Assembly: GCA_964016885.1 (NCBI GenBank)
Contig: OZ024745.1
Span: forward strand, 61,194,001-61,258,000
Source: Eledone cirrhosa
Taxonomy: Eukaryota
Reading direction: 5' to 3'
Length of the DNA stretch: 64,000 bases
Position 1 is the first letter of the stretch, and the number at the start of each line of letters is the position of its first letter. Of the stretch, positions 9,901-23,061 are shown one piece after another. The position numbers were made by a program, and so were the translations under genes. Under the pieces are notes generated by a model that was given only the letters and a program-made list of their open reading frames with translations, did no database searches and had not been told where the DNA came from.

Positions 9901-12900
9901 GAAAAGCAGACATAAAAACGATGATGATGATGATGATGATACTAATGTCTTCTCTCTGAATCTCTTGCTTCTTTTTTGATTTTGTTCTTTCATGTAAAAA
10001 TTTCTTTTTTTTTCTGTTATTCTCTTTCATTCCCCCTCAATTCATTTTCTTTACTTTAGATATAAAGACATGCGACGAGAGATGGGGTTTGAGATTAGAA
10101 GTATGTGGTTCAAACTAGGTATGTCACTTGAAAAACTGTTTACTTCTTATTTTTCTTCTCCTCCTCATTCCTGGGAGGGTCGTTGTGGCAGAATCCTCAA
10201 ACATTCCTTCCAGTGGGTTCTGTCAGAAGCAACTGTCTCCAACTGTTCTTTGATGTTATTTTCAATTGGACATTTCAAGATCTTCTTTTGCTCAACAATG
10301 TATTACATATTGCATTGGTTGCGGTGATGGTGAGAGTAATCACGATGATGATGATGAATATATGTTTCTGTTGTAGATCAAAACAAACACCGGTTCATTC
10401 CTGATTTGGTTGGTAAAATTCTGGAGATGACACTTATACCTGAAACTGGTAAGTATCAGGGTGGTGGATTGGCAGTAATCGGTAGAACGCCAGACAAAAA
10501 TTATGAAATAAACCAGGCATTATCTACTACCATGTCTTTCACTTCACCTCTATCGTATCTTATTCTACTTATCCTCTACATTTCAATTAATTTTTTAACC
10601 CATTCACTAATCATTTGTTTGATCTTTTGTAATCAAAATATATCCACCAATATGTAATCAGTTCTCCTGACATCTGTGGCTGGGAAGATGGGAAGTATGA
10701 AAAACCCATGCTCTTCCAAAGATTATTAATATAGTTAGGGAAATAGTTATGATCAATGAAACCAGCCTGGATCCTAGGAATTAACTTAGCATACAGCTTA
10801 CTACTTATACGGTACCTATACTTAGGATACAGCTTACTACCTATACAGTACCTATACTTACTACCTATAAAGTACCTATACTTACTACCTATAAAGTACC
10901 TATACTTACTGCCTATACAGCACCTATACTTACTACAATACAGCACCTATACCTACCACCTATACTTACTACAATACAGTACCTATACATACCACCTATA
11001 CAGTTCCTATACACACTACCTATACATACCACCTATACAGCAACATTTGCAACAATTTTAGATTTATCACAACAATAATTGTTTCATTCGAAAGTTTTAT
11101 TTTATTTTTAACCTTACCATTTATTTTTTATATATTCCACTTTTATAACCAATTATTTTCTTTGTCTGAATCAGCCCTCAGGAAAGCCACTATCCCAATC
11201 TTCTTTGACATGATGCAGTGTGAATTTCAGCAAGTCTTGCCCGATGGACGAAATTGTAAAAATAATTTTTCTGAGGTAAATGTTAACATTTTCATATTTT
11301 TGCTGTTTTATTTTATGCTGATTTAAGGCATTTATTCATCTTTACTTTACATTGGTTAGTCTATTTAACTGTGATGTGCAATGTAAGTGTGAGAGAAAGA
11401 CAGAGCTGGGAGAAGCTGAGTTTAAGAGGATTCCAAGGTGGTGTGCAGGAGAGAAGACTGTGTTAGTCCAGACATGTGATGTACATGGACAATGATCATT
11501 GGGTGAAGAAGTGCCAGGAAATCACAGTAGAGGTAGACCAAGAAAGACCTGGGCAGAGGTTGTGTGAGACTCACAGGGGAGATGAAAAATGATTGCGATT
11601 TAGACCGGAAAGGTTGTTCAGCTCAAGAAATTACATGTCTAATTCCTATGCTGTAGTATTTTCAATACCAACTGAACCCAGATGTTTCAAAATTATAAAA
11701 TTCTAGAACATTCTAAGAAATATTCAAATAAGAATGTTTCAAAAGTATTCTGTTTGTTTGTATACTGTTCTTCTGCCTGTTAGTATTTTTATTTTGTTTT
11801 ATTTTTATTAGGTTGAAAACAAAATAGTCACTGAGCTTGATGTTCTGGTTGAAGGTGGATGTGGCGATGAAGAGTACATGGAACTTATGTATGAAAAGTA
11901 AGTCTTTTTTAGAAATATCAAATTAACAATAAACGTTGGTAAAGGGTTTTCAAATTGTTTAATCTGCTGCTGAGGATGATCATTATTATGATCATTAACC
12001 TCATCATCATCAACATCATCATATATACTTTTCTGTAGTGGCATGGAGTGAACAAATTTCAGTGAATGTATTTATTAGTTTTGTAAGAAAGAATGATGTT
12101 TATGATCTTTATAGGCTTTCAATAATCATTATTGTGATCATGGTCGTTTTAACGTCCGCTTTCCCTGCTAGCAAGGGTTGGATGGGACTACATAGACCAA
12201 GTTAGTATTGAAGCAGAGCCACTGATCTACTATCTCATTCTGTTGTACCTTTGGTAAATGTCTTCCCCCATAGCTTTAGATTGAGAGTGAAATTTGGTAG
12301 ATGAAAACTGTCTGGGAACCTATCAAAGGAATCATTTCTGTTTTTTGGTGGCAGACCCAATCCACTCTTCAATTTAATATCACTAGCTGGTCCATTGAGA
12401 CCATTAACGCTTTTGTGACCATATTTCTAATGAAATACACCCTGTTTCAATTAATTAATGAAGAATTTTGAGGGATTTACTAAAACTATTAATTATTTGA
12501 TTACTAACTTAATGTTGGTAAATCTTAATTTAAATTGGAAACCTTTTAAATAGGTGGTTTTATTTCATAGATCCAGAGCCATTTTTGGCTGGATTGGTAA
12601 CTAAAGGGTTAATGGAGCCCACTTTGTTGTAAGCATAGAAGACAGATTTCCAATCTGAGGATAAGTTCCTCCCTTTCTCCTACCAATCTCAGAGGCTCTG
12701 AAAAAGTCACAGGCATTGCCTTCCTTTGAAAGTTGTGTCAAAGACATGACGACCCCCCCCCCCCCCCCCCAGTGCTGGCACCACAGTAAATTGCACTCGA
12801 TATTGCATGGGAGCATATGTGGGCATGATGCAAGCACCTAGCCTGTCTGAGTGTCAGTTGTCCAATTGATTAACCTGTCCAACCTTTGCTATTGGGGAAA

Positions 12901-15900
12901 ATCCAACGTTGAGTTGTGTTGTTTAATTCCCTGATAACCTTTAAATGGAAGAATCAATTGTTCTTTAATATAATTCATGTGATATTGTGTCACTTCTAGG
13001 CTGAAAGGTTTATTTGAAAAGAATAAACAGATGGCACAACAAGGAGAAGTATTTGTTGAGATGATTCGAAAACTACTACAACGGCTGTTAGAATATAGAA
13101 CAATGATCCAAGATGAAGTTAAGGATCATAGGATGAGTTGTATTGTAAATTTGTTGGTAAGTTATTCTGATTTTTTACCCCTAATCTTTCTATCTTTATT
13201 TCTACTACTCACATGTAAATCTAACAGTTCAAACATTTTTTCTGTTTCTTCTAGTTTACATATTTATCTCTTATTTTAAGGTGCTAGACTACTGACCATA
13301 TGGTCAGTAAAAGTTTTGGTTTCCTGCCAGGTAGTTTTGCTCATAAAATCTGTCCAGCAATTATTTCCTGAGACATTTTAACCACATGCCCATAATATCA
13401 GAGCTGTGATCTCTCAATTTGGAGAAGTAACGGCTCTACCTGGAGTGGCTCTCTGATCTCCAAGCTACGCACTCTATCGAGTAACGTTACTCCAAAGACT
13501 CTTTGGAGGAATCCTATTTCAGCCGCTTGTATTTGTGATTGTATTCTTTCGGTCATTACCCAAGATTCATGACCATAGGTAAAGGTTGACACAAATACCT
13601 AATTGAAGATAGTGAGTTTGTCTTTTACACCTACTTCCCTTTTTCTGATTATCAAATGCTGTAGCTGGGGCATTACTGCACCAGGGTCTGCATTAACATT
13701 CCAAATCCTAGCTATACACTCAGTTGTCAATATTCAAAATCTCACCTTTCTAGGATTGAAAAAGATGTAAAATATATTATTAAAAAAATACAAAAAAATT
13801 ATTTTTTTAATCAACAAAATTTAAATAATTATCTTTTAGTAAATATTTTTCACTATTTTTATGTTTTTTTACAGAATTTTTATCATGAAATTGGTCGCCA
13901 AGAACTGTATGTTCGCTACCTACATAAACTCTGTGACCTGCATTTAGACTGTGATAATTTTACTGAAGCTGCATGTGCTCTCAATTTGTATGCTAATATG
14001 CTTGAAGTGAGTACAAAACTATCAATATTCTTTTTATTTCTTCAAAAATTTCATTTGTCATGGGTTAAAGTCTGTCTCAAACCAGTACTTATCCTGGTTC
14101 CATGGCATGAAGCGACTAAGGGTTCATGATCCCCCCCCCCCCACTCCCTGGACAGGACACCAGTCCATCGCAGGGTAAAAGTCTGCCTTCTACTGGTGCT
14201 TATCCTAGTTTTGTGGCATGAAGCGACTGAGAGTACAAGACTATCCCCAGTCTATTGCAGATTTAAAGTCTGTTTCAAGCCAGGAGGCTTGTCTGGTCAG
14301 TGCTTATCCCAATTTTGAGGCATGAAGTGACTAAGAGTACAAGACTCTTCTTTGAACAGGACACCAGTGCATCGCAGAGTTAAACCCCCATCTATTGCTG
14401 GTACTTTTTCAGTTGAGTATACTGGAGCAACATAAAATTACATGCTTTGTTCAAGAACACAACACAGCCCATGAATCGGACCCACAACATTATGATCATA
14501 ACTCCAACACCCTTAGCACAAAGAAGATTTAACACAAATTACTGATTTTATTTTTATATTTATTTTAATCCTGCAATTCTAATTTCTTGCCAATGAAATG
14601 TGTAATATCTTTTGTATTATTCAGTGGTCTGATAAAAAAGTTCCACCTGTATTAATGAGTCATCAATACCCTGAGTGCCAGGACCAATTAAAACTGAAAG
14701 AGAAGTTGTATTATGACATGATTGATTACCTTGAAAGAGGCAAGGTAAGGATCTGTGTCCACACACAGGAATATTGTTATTGCTGCTGTTGTAGTAGTGA
14801 ACAGATGATAATGAGCCCCCTCTCAGGTGTTGCCAATATCAAGGTGTTCATATTTAATTACATATATTACATATTTCAATATCAATGTTAAAATCTACAT
14901 ATTTTACATATTTCAGTATCAGGAGCTTATGCTTACTTACTTGTACTTGTGGTGGCGTTCACCTGGGGGGGATTGAGTTTATTTCAATGGAGTTTCTTTG
15001 GGTGATTGGTTTCACAAGCGGTGCTGAGCTGCAAGTATATGCTACACTTTAGGATAATGCAGTCCAGGCATTGCATTGGTTATAGCACTGAGCTCTCACT
15101 TTCATATCCAACCCAATTTGGTGAAGCCAGTGCCATGACAGGGATGCATGGGAGGGAGTTTGGCCGGCAGAGGTGATAAACTATTTGAGCCATTTTGTAA
15201 GCCAGCAAGAGCTCACCCCACTGCCCAGCTCAGGCATACTAACACTCAGCACCAACTTTTGATTGCTGATAGATAATCTGTTTTTGCATAATTACCTAAA
15301 TAAAACATGAAAGATAGTTATTTAACTTCTATCTTATCCATTTCAAAACATGTTGATTTTGTGTAAAATTACATTCTTTTTAGTAAAGCCATGTTATCAA
15401 TTATCAAGAACAACAGTCTTTATAAATGTGAAAATCATTTCTTTAATAATAACGCCAATTTTCTTTTCTTTTCCTTTAGATGTGGGAAAAGGGAATTGAA
15501 CTATGCAAAGAGCTAGCAAACCTCTATGAAAACGAACTCTTTGACTATGAACGCCTCAGTGAATTACTGGTATGTACTTCTTAACCATAAGCAACTTATG
15601 TATTCAAATACAATGTGTGAGTTTATTGGTAATGTTCTCATCATCTCTAGTTTCAATAAATTTATATCATAAACTAGAATTTCTAAAATCCTTTAGCAAT
15701 ACTTCTAATATTTTATCTCATTTTCTATAGAAAAGACAGGCGGAACTGTATGTTCAAATTATGAAGATCTTAAGATATGCCTCAGAATATTTTCGTGTTG
15801 CTTATTATGGTAAAGGTTTTCCATCGTTTCTTCAGGTTTGTAAAGTTATATTAAATTTAAAACTAACATGAGACTGTTTATTTATTCCTCCTCCACCTCT

Positions 15901-18900
15901 TTTATTCTTGAATTCAGTCTTTTTATGGAGGTTTTTGCTACTTCCTCATTAAAAAAACTAACCATTAAATGATAGAAATAGTAAGTAATGAAAAAAAAAA
16001 GGGTGGGGGTAAAGAAGGGCAGATCTGGTTGTAGAGGAAAGGACTATAAATGCCACAAATGAGAAGAAAAGAAAGGGAAAAGCATTCATATTTTAATGAA
16101 TAAATCATTAATATTTTACTTATCTGAGCTTGTTTGGCTACTTTATTATCAGGTTTGACTATGTAACTATATTATCAACCTTCACATTCCAAAAGTGTGG
16201 AGGCACATGGCCTAGTGGTAAGGGTGTTAGATTTACAATCATAATGTTGTATGTTCAATTCTTGGGCTGGGTTGTGTGTTGTCCTCTTGAGCAAAACATT
16301 TCAGTTCACATTGCTCCAGTATACTCAGTATAGACTGGTGTCTTGTTCAGGAAGGAGTCTTGTACTCTCTGTCACTCCATGCCATGAAGCTGGGATAATC
16401 CTTTTGGCTAGAGACAGACTTTAACTCTTCATACCACGAAACTGGGATAAGCACCAGCTTGACGAGTCTCCTAGCTAGAGATAGACTTTAGACTAGAGAT
16501 TTAGGCTCACTTGTTTGGCTACTTTATCATCATAGGTCTGACCATGTAACTATATTATCAACTTCCATACTCTTGTGTAGTATTTCTTCTGGATCTTTAC
16601 GCTCTGAGTTGAACTTCATTTGTCAACCTTTTAGGGGTGATATAATCAACTTTCTCCTTCCCTATATTGCTGACCTTGTGCATAAATTAGAAAACATTTT
16701 TTTTTTTTTTTTTATTCCTCATATTAAAATGATATTTTCCATCTATTTAGAACCAAGTATACATTTATCGAGGAAAAGAATATGAACGGCTTACGGACTT
16801 CAGTGCTCGCTTGTTGACAATGTTTCCATATGCTGAAGTAAGTTTCTAATAGTTTATATATTTCAGCTTTCAAGGTTCCAATTTTCTTGTAACTTCAGAA
16901 ATTTAAAAAATTAGTAAATCCATATATATGTCTCAACAAAACTGATTTTTCTCATCTAAAAGTCAGTTGAGAATTAAATTAATATAGCAAATCTAATAAT
17001 CAATTATAATAATAGCGATTGTGTATATATTTATTTATATATTTCGCCATCATTCACTGAAAGGGAGATGACTGAGGAAGGAAGGATGTGAGGATATGTG
17101 TAGCACATTGGCTATTATTATTGTGTGAGTATATATGTGTGTGTGTGTGTGAATATATTTATACATATGTGAGTGTTTGTGTTTATATTTGTATATTCAT
17201 ACATATAAATCTATATTTATGCACACCAAGATATTGGTTATCTATGTTAGTTGTGGATAGTTTGTTTCACAAAAGAATCTTGTTATACAATATTATCTGG
17301 CAGTATCGGTAGAGGGTCGGACGTCATGCTTTGACGCATAGAATTACGGCCCTTTCCATTCTGAGTTCAAATCCTGCTGAGGTCAACTTTGCCTTTCATC
17401 CTTACGGGGTCGATAAAATAAAGTACCAGTAATGTACTGGTCTTGTGGCAAAAGTAGAAACAATTTTAACTAGGCCACCTAGTTAATATAGATAATATTG
17501 GAATAGAAACTTGTGTATTGGACAATAATTTTGTTGCTATCCTTTGAAGAAATTTCAATTTTGTGCATCTGGCTTTCTTTTTTTTTTATCTAATGTTTCA
17601 TGCTGCTCAATTTAGCTGTTTGTTAATAAGCAACATTAGAAAACAAAATATTTATTCTATACACCTTTCTCTTCACAGAAATTAACTACATTATCCACTC
17701 CAGGAGATGATATCAAGTTGTCTCCCAAGCAGTGTATCCTTTTCTTTCATCATTTCACTTTATTTTATTTCAAATTTTGAAAACAATATTATTGATGGTG
17801 ATATTTTTAGAATATGAAATTCATTTGTTTAAAATATAACTTTTCATGTTTATTTCTGATGTAATATTTAATGAATAGATTCATTAAAATAAATTCTTTG
17901 TATTCAACTATTTCCCTCTCCATATTTAACAAAGTTTCAAATTTACATTGTTATCATTTTATGTTTCTTTAACCAAGTCACAGACTTGCAAATCAATGCT
18001 GTTTCACCAATTTTAGATCTGAAGAATCAATTTAAAAACAAAACAGTGAGTGAATCAATCTTAAAGTAAGTTGTTATCTTACAATTTCTTTATTTCATCT
18101 CATATTATTCACTGTTGGGGTTCTTATATTATTTAACTTGTCTAATTAACAGTTACTATGCAGTCAATGAAGTTCAAAAGTTTACTTACTCTCGGCGAGT
18201 AGATGACAATGTAAAAGATGTGAAGGTAAGTTCTCAATCTTGTGTTTTGAAATATTCCGGGAGGACCTTCAGTTATGTCAATGGCATGGAAACCTGTCCT
18301 GAGCATTCAATGGAATGTGAGACTGTCCATAAGCGAGACACGGGTCTCTGGGCTGCCTGGGAGATCAGTGGCTCCACTTCAGTACTGACTTAGTCTATAT
18401 GGACTTGTCCAACCCTTGCTAACAGGGAAAGCAGATGTTAAAACGACAATGATTATGAATGATGATGCAAATAAATGTAAACACAAACAACACTTTAGAA
18501 AAATCCAGGCCTTTATTTCTAAGGATTTTTTTTTTTTATTGATTTACAATAGTTTAACATAATTTGACAATCATTGTAAATGTTTTAGAAAATTAGGTAT
18601 GTCTCTTGCCACAATAATGTAGGATACCATTTAACTTGCTCTACATTCAGTTTATCTTAACCTTAATTACTTCATTCTAATTCATCTTTAAATGTACTCA
18701 ATGTAGGGTTTGAGAGAACACCCCTACACCCCAGTCTGGACGAGTGTGTGACAACCTCCCTTGTGCTGGTGCCATGATAAAATGCACCTCATACACCAGA
18801 AAAGTTTTTGTGTTGGTGTCATGAAAAATCACACCCAGTACACTCTGTAAGGTGGTACCGGTGGTTGTTGTTAGGCAGGGCCTCCAGCCATAGGAACCAT

Positions 18901-21900
18901 GCCAAATTTGGAATGTATGAGCAACATGTCACTCCAACCTGTCAAACATATGCCATGATGATGATGATGATCATCATCATTATTATCGTTTAAGTTCCAT
19001 TTTTCCACACTAGCATGGGTTAAATGAGTTGTCTTGTTCAAGGCAAGTCAGATCAGGTGACCGTGTCATGCTCATACAGAACTGTTTCTAGCTTGGTTTC
19101 TACAGCTGGATACCCTTCCTAACACCAACCACATTTATAGTGTGGGCTGGATGCTTTTTGTTGTGACACCTACAGGACCACTTAACAATGTGGCCTGTGC
19201 TTTTTGTTGTGACACCTTTACAACCACCTTACAATGTGGGTTGAGTGCTTGATACATTATTTTCTAAGATTTCTTTAAAAACTTTTTATTTATCACTTGT
19301 AACTCTAAGATTTTGTACCAGTTTGCTCATTTCAATTGACACAATCTGATTTCTACTTGATAGGACATGTGGTTGGAACGCACAATTTTGGTTATATCCC
19401 ATTCACTTCCAGGGATTCTTCGTTGGTTTCCTGTGGTCTCCACTGAAGTGGTAAGTTTTAAATGTTTTGTTTTTGTGAAGATTATTTTTTTTTTTTTCAA
19501 CTTGTAAAGCATCTTTCTGTAGCAAATAATACTTCTCACTTCCTTTCTACACAGGTTGAAGTTAGTCCACTTGAAGTAGCAATTGAAACTCTAGAAACCA
19601 CAAATAAGAAACTCCAAGGTCTTATAGGCCAACATAGCAATGATCCTAGTTTGCGGATCGACCAGCTTACTATGTTATTGAGTGGAATTGTTGATCCTGC
19701 TGTTAACAAGGGCATTCTCAACTACAAGGTAAATATGGCTCCTGGGATTTCTTTAATATTTCAAACAAGAAAACAGTTTCGGAAAGATTTTATTTCTAAC
19801 TATTTTGGTGCATGATTTGATTTGATCTAGCTAGGAGAACGTGGAAATATATGGGTGTCCCCACTCAAGCTTAGACAATCAACCAGATAGGTAAATAAAT
19901 CGACATGCTTCTCTTTCCCTAGACATCAGACTAAATATTTTACTAATCTTTTATTTCTTTATTGAGTTAATTTTTCCTTTTACTGTTTTTAGTCAGAGAG
20001 GGAAGGGTAGTGCCCATGACTTCTTTGAGGATCTTTGATACTGGTGATAAGGAGAAAAGAAGGCATTCTTAACTCTTTCATAACTGCATTTCTAATGAAA
20101 TATACTCTATTTTGATTAAATAATGAACAATTTTGAAGGATTTACTAAAATTATCAATTATTTCATTACTAAGATAGTATCTTAATCTAAGGCTCTTATA
20201 TAAAATTATGTTGGAGATTTTAATTTAAATTGGAAACCCATGCAAATATGAAAAATACACGTCTAACCCATGCTAGCGTGTAAAATCGATGTTAAACAAT
20301 GATGATGATGATGCTGATCCATTGTTAAATTTACAAAGAAAAAAAAAATGTCTCACTTTCTTTTATTGTATTTTTATTTACACTGTAGGATTTTTATTCC
20401 AATGAATTCCTAATGAACCATGCAAATGACAAAAGCACTGTAGACATGATTGACAGGTTGAAGAGTTTAACTTTGTTGCAGGTAATTTATTTTTGATTTT
20501 TTAAAAATACTTTGTCTATTTGTTTGTTTTGTTTTTCCTTTCTTTTTTTGATAAACAGAAATATAAGTGTTGCTTGATTTCCTAACCCTACTATACGTCT
20601 CGTATCAGTTGACCACACCGGCTACCGGCTACTCAACTATCTACTGTCAAGGGCTGGATTTAGACCTTGGGGGCCCTTCATACACAAAAAATTACATCAA
20701 CCAAGAGAATACTGACAATTCTCTATTAACTTAGAATAGTGTTTAATTTTGGATTTTAGCATTTTTTTCTATCGACTTTTGGTTTCATTTATTTTTTGAT
20801 TTTGTAACGTTTTCGGGTTGTTAATAGTTATTTTAAGAATTTTTCATCAAATTTAATCGTTTACATAGCATTAAATTTATCTAAACTAATTTAGTCTCTT
20901 GTTTTTGTTTTTTCATTTGAATTATTAACAAAACGTAGAATTAAAATATTTCAAGCCCTTCGTAAAAGCTAGATTCTCAGCTAATTAACCCTTTCATTAC
21001 TGCATTTCTAATGAAATACACTCTATTTTAATTAATTATTGAAGAATTTTGAGGGATTTACTAATATTATTAATTATTTCATTACTAAGATAATAACTTA
21101 ATGTAAGATTCTTATATAAAATTATGTTGGAAGATTTTTATTTAAATTGGAAACCTTTTAAATGGGTGGTTTCATTTCATAAAATCAGAGCTGGTTGGTA
21201 ACTATAGGGTTAAATATATTTTTAAAAACATTAGTGATTTTACATTGCATTTTAAATATTTTGCTGGTTTATTTATATACTGATGTAACTTTTCTGTTTT
21301 CTGTTGTTCCCTAGGGTGAATTATTGAACGATGCTCTTCATGTACACAAACAACTTTCCCATGAAAGACTAAAACCTCTACATGCTCATATGGAGCAACG
21401 GTTTGCTGATCTGTGCGACTTCATCGAACAAGAATGTGGTATGCGGGTAAGAAAAACTTAATTTTCAACTGTTCAATATTTCAGACATAGAAATTCACTA
21501 TCAGCATTTCTGCCTCTTCATTTTTTATATTGTTGATTTGTTTATTTTAGAAATTATATTGAACAGGTGGGGAAATAAGGAAGAGAAGAGAAATACAACA
21601 AAGATATGACTTATATTATCATGACAAAAAGTCCCCAGTCCACACTATAAAGTGGTCGTGTAGGTATCACAACAAAAGTCTTAGGCCCACACTGAGCCCA
21701 CATTGTAAAGTGGTCATGTTAGTGACACAACAAAAAGTGCCCAGTCCACACTATAAAGTGATTGTGTTGATGACACGACAAAAAGAACCCAGTCCATACT
21801 GTAAAGTAGTCGTGTAGGTGTCACAACAAAAAGCACCAGTACATACTGTAAATGTGGTTGACGTTATGAAGGGCATCCAGTTGTAGAAACCAAGCTAAAA

Positions 21901-23017
21901 TCAGTATGAGCAAGACATGGTCATTTGACCTAGCTTGTCTCACAACATTCTAGTCTGGAAAATGGATGTTAAATTGTTAAATAGTGATGATGATGATGAT
22001 AATTGAATAATTCAATCTACAGGCTGACATGTTTTTTATCAGTAGTAGTAGCGACTATTAAGAAACAAGAAAGAGCCTTTAACTTCCAATGGAATTGTAG
22101 GTGTATCATCATAACATACATCTTGGCATTTTTTTTTTTTTTAAACCTGACTGAACTCATCCCTCTCTAGATCTAAACACAACTGGTTTCTACGAGAGAT
22201 TGAGAGAAAGGGATAGAGAGAGAGATTGAGGAAGAATTGATTCCAGTATTAGATTGGTTCTTTATTCGTTGATCTCAACAGGATTTGAACTTGGAGCATA
22301 GTGAGCTGGAACAATTTTCAAAACATTTTTAACCAATGATTACATGGAAATAAGAATATGACCCTCTTAACTTTGAAGATATTCACACTGAAATTACAGC
22401 TGGAACAGACAGACAATGACTTGAATTATTATTTATTTTTTTAACTAAATTATTTATTAAGTTTTCATAATTAATTATATAAACAATGACAAAAGAGGGG
22501 GAAGGGATAAGGAAGTGCAGATCTGGCTGTATAGGAAAGGAAAGGATTATAAATGCTATAAATGAGTAGAGAATGAGGGAAAAAGCAAGGACTATTAGGG
22601 CACAGAAGAAAGATGGGCAAAGTGGAGTGGGTGACAGGCTCTAAGCCTAGGTCAGGTCGGTGTTTCGGCTGTGCCCCATGGACAAAGCTCCCAATGGTGA
22701 TGAAATTTCCATAGATTACTGGATTCATAAATATTACATTTGTGTTTCTAATTTAATTTTATAGATTGCAGATAAAGATGTTACTAACGCCATGAGGAGA
22801 AATCAATCTTTCCTTTCAATGGCCTCTTCTCCAAGATACAGTAGCACTTCAATAGCCGCGATGTCTGAGTAAGTAAATTCTATATCATTTTTTTCTTTGT
22901 GTTTTCCATATTATGCAGGATCTTATGTAACCAGGCCATTGAAATATATTTAGTCTTATTGCAATAATAAAACTTCAAGGGAACTTCACCAGTTCGGCCT
23001 CCTGTTATTTTAATCAA

Positions 23018-23061
<44 letters not shown>

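Noticed and set aside
10611-11061. Repetitive ORFs ([15 protein letters not shown])
   Set aside because: Translation of a 24-bp minisatellite.
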